Source of the DNA: Candidatus Omnitrophota bacterium
GTDB lineage: Bacteria; Omnitrophota; Gorgyraeia; Zapsychrales; Zapsychraceae
Direction of reading: 5' to 3'
Assembly: GCA_003522725.1 (NCBI GenBank)
Contig: DPIG01000078.1
Span: forward strand, 18,746 to 82,745
DNA: 64,000 nucleotides
Below the pieces are notes generated by a model. The model searched no databases and had not been told where the DNA came from. It saw nothing but the letters and a program-made list of their open reading frames with translations. Positions 59,099 through 64,000 of this stretch are shown in pieces (within the stretch, counting starts at the first letter, position 1; every line of letters begins with the position of its first letter). The position numbers and the translations under genes are program-made.

Positions 59099-60154
59099 CT
59101 AACACAGTTTAAACAGGGCGTCAACAGCTTCCAAAACAGCCTGCGTTGGAACAGGTTCCGAATTTTCAGACCCGTCTTGAGAACGGGATCCCGAAGGCGG
59201 GACGCTCACAACTTTGCTTTTTTTCCCAAGCGGTTGCCAGCGTTGCGGATTGATTCCAGGGTGGTTGCGGGTAAAGATGGAAACGCAAGGTGTTTTAACG
59301 CCCGCGGCGATATGGACCGGGCCGGAATCATTGGAAACCAGCAGGTTACATCGCTTCAACAGTCCCGCCAACTGCCCCACGGTCGTCTTCCCGGCCAGAT
59401 CCAGGACAGGTATTTTTACGAGTGCGATAATCTGCTTGGCAACGACACTTGTTTGCGCCGTACCGACAAGGATGATCCTCGCCTGGTAACGTTTGACCAG
59501 CTGTTCAATAAGTTCGGCGAACTGCTCCATGGGCCACCGCTTGGCCGGGTCGCTGGCCCCCGGATGAACCGCGATCAAGCGCTCCTCGGCGCGGATATGA
59601 TACTCCCGGCAAAACTGTTCGAGCCAGCCCCAGGCATCCGCGGAAATGGGAACATAGATATCTTCGGCCAGGTCCACCGTCGACTTATCAAGTGTTTTAT
59701 TCCCTGAAATACCCAGATGCCGCAGCACATCCAGACAATATTGCGCCTCATGTTTCCGCCCCCAATGGCGTTGATCGGGGATTGGATCGGTCAGCAAAAA
59801 GCCGAATTTTTCGTCCCTGTACCCGGCCCGCCGCGGGATTCCCGCCGCCCGGCAAAGACAATTGGTGCGCTTCTTTGTGTGATATACAATCGCGAGGTCG
59901 TATTTCTTTCGCCGCAACGACAAAGCGAGCCGCCAGAAACCTGTAATCCCCCGGTGGACGCCGCGGCGGTCGTCGACGATGATCTCATCGAGATCGGGAT
60001 TTCCCGCGACAAGCTCTTTCGTGAGCGGCGCGATCAGGACCGAAATACGCGCTGAAGGGTACGTCTGACGCAGGACCTTGATGGAGGGCGTCGTTAGAAT
60101 CACGTCGCCAATCCGGTCGGTGCGCACGATAAGAATATTGCGAAAATCGGTCAT
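59099..60154 (-). CDS. GT9 LPS heptosyltransferase-family protein
   Basis: RTDRIGDV, HPGA...KRW, SNDSGPVH. Confidence 0.9.
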   Translation of the reverse strand: MTDFRNILIVRTDRIGDVILTTPSIKVLRQTYPSARISVLIAPLTKELVAGNPDLDEIIVDDRRGVHRGITGFWRLALSLRRKKYDLAIVYHTKKRTNCLCRAAGIPRRAGYRDEKFGFLLTDPIPDQRHWGRKHEAQYCLDVLRHLGISGNKTLDKSTVDLAEDIYVPISADAWGWLEQFCREYHIRAEERLIAVHPGASDPAKRWPMEQFAELIEQLVKRYQARIILVGTAQTSVVAKQIIALVKIPVLDLAGKTTVGQLAGLLKRCNLLVSNDSGPVHIAAGVKTPCVSIFTRNHPGINPQRWQPLGKKSKVVSVPPSGSRSQDGSENSEPVPTQAVLEAVDALFKLC

Positions 60155-61152
60155 GGGATGTTAAACACGACATGCCCCTGGAGTACCTGAAACGCGTTGA
60201 GAACTTCCTGGGCCGTGATCGCGGCCATGCAATGATGCCGGGCGGAATTTTTAGGATTTTGACACGCCGGACAATCCTTGTTCTTTTGTAAATAATGCCC
60301 TTGCATGCCCCAGGGGCCGTATTTATGGACATCGCTGGGGCCGAATAACGCGAGGACCGGCACATCGAGATAACTGGCTAAATGCATCGGCGCGCTGTCG
60401 TTGACCAGGGCTAAAACCGCCTTTTCAACGACCGCAGCCAACTGGACAAGGGTTGTCCGGCCGCATAAATTCAGCGCATCCGTCCTCAGGACTTTCACCA
60501 TACCTTCGGCATCCTGATGGTCGGCGGCATCACCGGCAAGGACAACTTTTAACTGGTAACGCTTTATCATCTGGTGACAAACTTCGATAAACCCCGGGGA
60601 TGTCCAGCGCTTGGCTTCATTCGCCGCGCCAGGTGCCGCGACGATATACGCATAATCCGCTCCCCACGCCGCGCGTAACAGGCCGCGGACGCGCGCTTCA
60701 TCCTCCGCGGGGACGGCGAGCGCGTAACGTTTCCACGATTCGACGTCATACGGATAAACACAGCGCAAGCGCTGAAGATGCTTATATTTCATGTGCACGC
60801 CGCCGTTTTTATCCGCCTTTACCGTTGACGGCGTACGATAGCGGGGAAAGATCAGAAATGGGATAGCGGTGTTGCGCAAATCGACCACCAGATCAAAATG
60901 TTCCGCGGCCAGACCCGCGACCCAGGGGATTGTTTTCCCCAAAGACTGGCTCTTGTCAAAAACATGGACACAAGAGATGAGCGGGTTCCCCTTAAATAAC
61001 GTCCGGGCCTTGGGCCCGACCACCACGGAAAATTTCGCCCGCGGGAAATCCTTAAGCAGAATATCCATCACCGGCAGTGTCAAAATAACATCGCCGATGT
61101 TGCTTAGAGAGATGACCAGGATCTTATTGATTTTGGATCTGTCGAATCGCAT
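60151..61152 (-). CDS. GT9 LPS heptosyltransferase-family protein
   Basis: SLSNIGDV, APGA..AKRW, NDSAPMH, LFGP. Start trimmed to ATG 61152. Confidence 0.9.
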   Translation of the reverse strand: MRFDRSKINKILVISLSNIGDVILTLPVMDILLKDFPRAKFSVVVGPKARTLFKGNPLISCVHVFDKSQSLGKTIPWVAGLAAEHFDLVVDLRNTAIPFLIFPRYRTPSTVKADKNGGVHMKYKHLQRLRCVYPYDVESWKRYALAVPAEDEARVRGLLRAAWGADYAYIVAAPGAANEAKRWTSPGFIEVCHQMIKRYQLKVVLAGDAADHQDAEGMVKVLRTDALNLCGRTTLVQLAAVVEKAVLALVNDSAPMHLASYLDVPVLALFGPSDVHKYGPWGMQGHYLQKNKDCPACQNPKNSARHHCMAAITAQEVLNAFQVLQGHVVFNIP

Positions 61153-62143
61153 GGATGACTTTGTCCACACTAACCGCCTGCATACAGGTATTATCGGGAC
61201 ATTCCAGGTAGTAACATGGTCCGCGGTTGCACCCCACATCGTGCTGCAAAATGACCGAACGGCCGCCCCCGCGCGGCCCTGTGATCTCGGGACGCGTCGG
61301 ACCGAAAATTCCAACGACACGGCTTCCCACGCTGCTGGCGATGTGCAGCGGCCCCGAATCCGCCGACACAACACAATCGGCGCGTTTCATAAGCGCCGGC
61401 AGTTTTTTTAAGCCGATCTTTCCAGCCAGCACAACGGGCTTGCGGGTTAACTGCGAAATAATTGTCTCGGCCAGCGGGATGTCCTGACTGGAACCGGAAA
61501 TGACGACTTTGCGCTGGCCCTCCGTCATCAATTGCTCAATAAGCAACGTGAAATGCCGCGCCGGCCAGCGCTTCAGGTCCCAGTTCCCTCCGGGATGGAT
61601 GACGACCAGGGAATCTTTTTCGCCGACGCCATAACTGCGCAGTGTATCGCGCATTTCCCTTTCTGCTGGAGCATCGACCATCAATGAGCTGGCGCGCCCG
61701 GCAACGGTCACTCCGAAAGACTCCACGACATTAAGATAATAATCGCAGCGATGGACCTTCCGCTCATCCGGGGACTTGATCCTGCAGGTCAAAAACGTCC
61801 CGCGGCCCTTGGTGTCATACCCTATCCGCCGCGGGATCCCCGCGAGAAAGACAAATAACGCGCGGGTCAACGAGCGGTGCAATAAAAAGGCGGCATCAAA
61901 TTTCTTTTGCGAGAGCTCGTGGATCAACCGCAATTTGGCGAAAGGACTCCGGTGGGACCCCTCTTCGTCATACACGATGATCTCATCGATCCCGGGGACC
62001 GATTCCAGCACATCCCGGACCCGCGGCACAGCCAGACAACTGATCTTCGACTCCGGATACGCCGTCTTGAGCGCCTTAAAAATCGGCGAAGAAAAAACGA
62101 CATCGCCCAGCCAGTTCACGTTCACGACGAGGATTCTTTTCAT
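61124..62143 (-). CDS. GT9 LPS heptosyltransferase II (WaaF-like)
   Basis: NWLGDV, HPGG..KRWP, ADSGPLH, FGPT. Confidence 0.9.
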   Translation of the reverse strand: MKRILVVNVNWLGDVVFSSPIFKALKTAYPESKISCLAVPRVRDVLESVPGIDEIIVYDEEGSHRSPFAKLRLIHELSQKKFDAAFLLHRSLTRALFVFLAGIPRRIGYDTKGRGTFLTCRIKSPDERKVHRCDYYLNVVESFGVTVAGRASSLMVDAPAEREMRDTLRSYGVGEKDSLVVIHPGGNWDLKRWPARHFTLLIEQLMTEGQRKVVISGSSQDIPLAETIISQLTRKPVVLAGKIGLKKLPALMKRADCVVSADSGPLHIASSVGSRVVGIFGPTRPEITGPRGGGRSVILQHDVGCNRGPCYYLECPDNTCMQAVSVDKVIHAIRQIQNQ

Positions 62144-63246
62144 GACCGCGTTTCGCGATTTATGCTTTTATAAAAAGTGAGCGTCTTCTCCACCATCGTG
62201 TCGGCGGAGCAATTCCCGCGGACAAATTCCCTGCCGGCCCTCGCGATCCGCGCCAGACAGTTTTTATCGTGTAACGCCGCTATGATCGTTTGCGCCAGCG
62301 CTCCCGGATTCTCCGGCTGGACAAGGAACCCTGTTTTGCCGTCTTCGATCAAGCCGGGGATCCCGCCGACCCTTGACGCGACAACCGGCACGCCGGCGGC
62401 CTGGGCCTCCATAATCGAAAGCCCCAATCCCTCTTCCCGCGAAGGTAAAATAAAGATGTCGAACATCGGCAAGATCCCGGCCGGTTTATGGGCGACAGGA
62501 TAAAAAAGGATGTTTTGCTCAAGACCGGAAATTCTCACCAAACTCTTGAGCCTGGATTCCATCTTCCCTTCGCCGGCAATGACCAATTTCACGTCAGGCA
62601 TTCGCGCGTGAACGGTCCGCATGGCTTCGATGAGGATATCATGGCCTTTCACATCCGCCAAACGGGCGATGATGCCGACAACGGGGCCGCTCCCCAGGTT
62701 GTACTTGCGGCGCATCTGCCGCTTGAGGTCCTCGGCGGCCGGCGCGTACACGCGAAGGTCAATACCGCTGGGGACAAGCGCGATGCGATCATCCGGCACA
62801 TTAAAGTCGTCGCGTAAATGCTTTTGGACGGCCGCGCTGATGGCGATGACCGCGTTACCCCAGCACGGGAAAATCCTCCGGGATAAACGTATTTTATAGA
62901 AACCATGACATGTGCTGACATGAGGACGTCCGGTCATCCGCGACAAACATGCGCCCATCACATGGGTTATCCGGGTTTGGGTATGGATGATATCGATCGC
63001 GTGTTGTTGAACGTAACGTTTTAACGACGGCAAGACAACGTAAATCCGTGGATCAAGTTCTGATTTCGTGCGGATATTCAGGTTTAAAAGCCGGACATCC
63101 AATGCGGAAAAATCGGCGGCCAGGTCTCCCCCGCCTGAAGCGATGTGCACGCCCACGCCGCGTTCAATCATCCCTTTGCTAAGAGTCAGGAGATAACTGG
63201 TAATTCCACCCGTATTAAGATGCGTCGTCAGGAAAAGGACATTCAT
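62140..63246 (-). CDS. GT4 glycosyltransferase
   Basis: GGI, TCHG, ARL..KGH, PSREEGLGLSIMEA. Confidence 0.9.
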   Translation of the reverse strand: MNVLFLTTHLNTGGITSYLLTLSKGMIERGVGVHIASGGGDLAADFSALDVRLLNLNIRTKSELDPRIYVVLPSLKRYVQQHAIDIIHTQTRITHVMGACLSRMTGRPHVSTCHGFYKIRLSRRIFPCWGNAVIAISAAVQKHLRDDFNVPDDRIALVPSGIDLRVYAPAAEDLKRQMRRKYNLGSGPVVGIIARLADVKGHDILIEAMRTVHARMPDVKLVIAGEGKMESRLKSLVRISGLEQNILFYPVAHKPAGILPMFDIFILPSREEGLGLSIMEAQAAGVPVVASRVGGIPGLIEDGKTGFLVQPENPGALAQTIIAALHDKNCLARIARAGREFVRGNCSADTMVEKTLTFYKSINRETRS

Positions 63247-64000
63247 TGTTTTGCATCCATCAACAACTCAATTTTGCCGGCGACTTCCTCGGGACTTATG
63301 TCGCGCATGCACGCGTGCGTCATGATCAGACAGCGCGGACTGTAACAGGGCGCGCAGGCGGGTTTCTTTTCCAGGATAATCATGTTCCTGGCCGGCGGCT
63401 GGTGCCTCCGGGAATCCGTTGGGCCAAAGAAAGCGACCAGCGGCGTGCGCGTGGCCGCGGCAATATGCAACGGCGCCGAGTCCGGCGTGACGTAGACCTT
63501 GCAACGCTCAATGAGCGCGGCCAGCTGCGAAACATCGGTGCGTCCCGCGAAAACAGCGGGTTTGGACTTTGTCCGCGCCAGAAGCTGCTCAACAAGCGGT
63601 TTGTCTTTCTCCATCCCGGTGATCAATACGCGGATACTTTTACCGGCGAGCAGGTCGCATAAACGCGCGATGTGTTCAACGGGCCAGTTTTTTGTCTGCC
63701 ATTTTTGCGAGGCGGCGATGTTGATGCCGACGATCCGGGTGACGTTCCCCAGCCATTCCGCGTCAAGCAGCTCCTGGACGTATTTTCTGTCCTTGTCCGA
63801 GGGCCAAAGCTCCAGAGATAACTCCCGAGGAGGAGTTATCCCCATGGCCTGCAGCAGCTGGAATTGATGGTCGACCGCCGGGATATCGTTGCGGTATCCC
63901 CTTAACGGGTTCGTCAAAAGTTTGCTCCATTTCCCGTTATCGTAACCGTAACTTTCCCGCGGAAAACTCAAAAACGCCAGCAGATGGCTTTTACGGCTGT
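63243..64000 (-). CDS. GT9 glycosyltransferase domain (5' end outside the window)
   Basis: INIAAS..TKNW, TPDSAPLH, FFGPT; the frame stays open to the window edge. Confidence 0.85.
   Translation of the reverse strand, partial: SRKSHLLAFLSFPRESYGYDNGKWSKLLTNPLRGYRNDIPAVDHQFQLLQAMGITPPRELSLELWPSDKDRKYVQELLDAEWLGNVTRIVGINIAASQKWQTKNWPVEHIARLCDLLAGKSIRVLITGMEKDKPLVEQLLARTKSKPAVFAGRTDVSQLAALIERCKVYVTPDSAPLHIAAATRTPLVAFFGPTDSRRHQPPARNMIILEKKPACAPCYSPRCLIMTHACMRDISPEEVAGKIELLMDAKQ

Overview
Bacterial chromosome segment, roughly 55% GC by eye, from a diderm organism (Kdo/LPS and Lpt genes). Gene order and content suggest the PVC superphylum, most likely Ca. Omnitrophota (inference only). About 60 genes all lie on the minus strand. 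The core block contains LPS glycosyltransferases, hldE-N, kdsBADC, an lptC/A fusion, lptB, tig, clpP, serA, purA, uppS-cdsA-dxr-rseP, an orphan CpaF ATPase, proS, rimP-nusA-infB, trpS, scpA, ruvB, queA-tgt-trmD-rplS-rnhB-yraN, folD, polA, glgA, coaE, rho, rpmE, prfA, prmC, murA and a partial trpG/pabA. A ~14 kb accessory region (12.6-26.7 kb) lies between yraN and the cyclodeaminase gene. It carries a repeat-rich secreted GH5 enzyme, a lipid-linked glycosylation module, a transporter, and a compact array of defence and toxin-antitoxin genes, some truncated. The three most unusual signals are non-coding. (1) A family of (TTATTCCG)n + GGGACAC-N2-TACTTA palindromic elements borders the defence cassettes and lies on or next to stop codons of accessory genes. 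(2) A ~550 bp hairpin-packed region with its own sigma70-like promoter sits upstream of polA. (3) Inverted arrays of 7-8 nt repeats occupy operon gaps, and short palindromes occur inside the polA and prmC coding sequences. No rRNA, tRNA, CRISPR array, integrase or transposase was recognised. All calls come from reading the sequence; no database searches were run.
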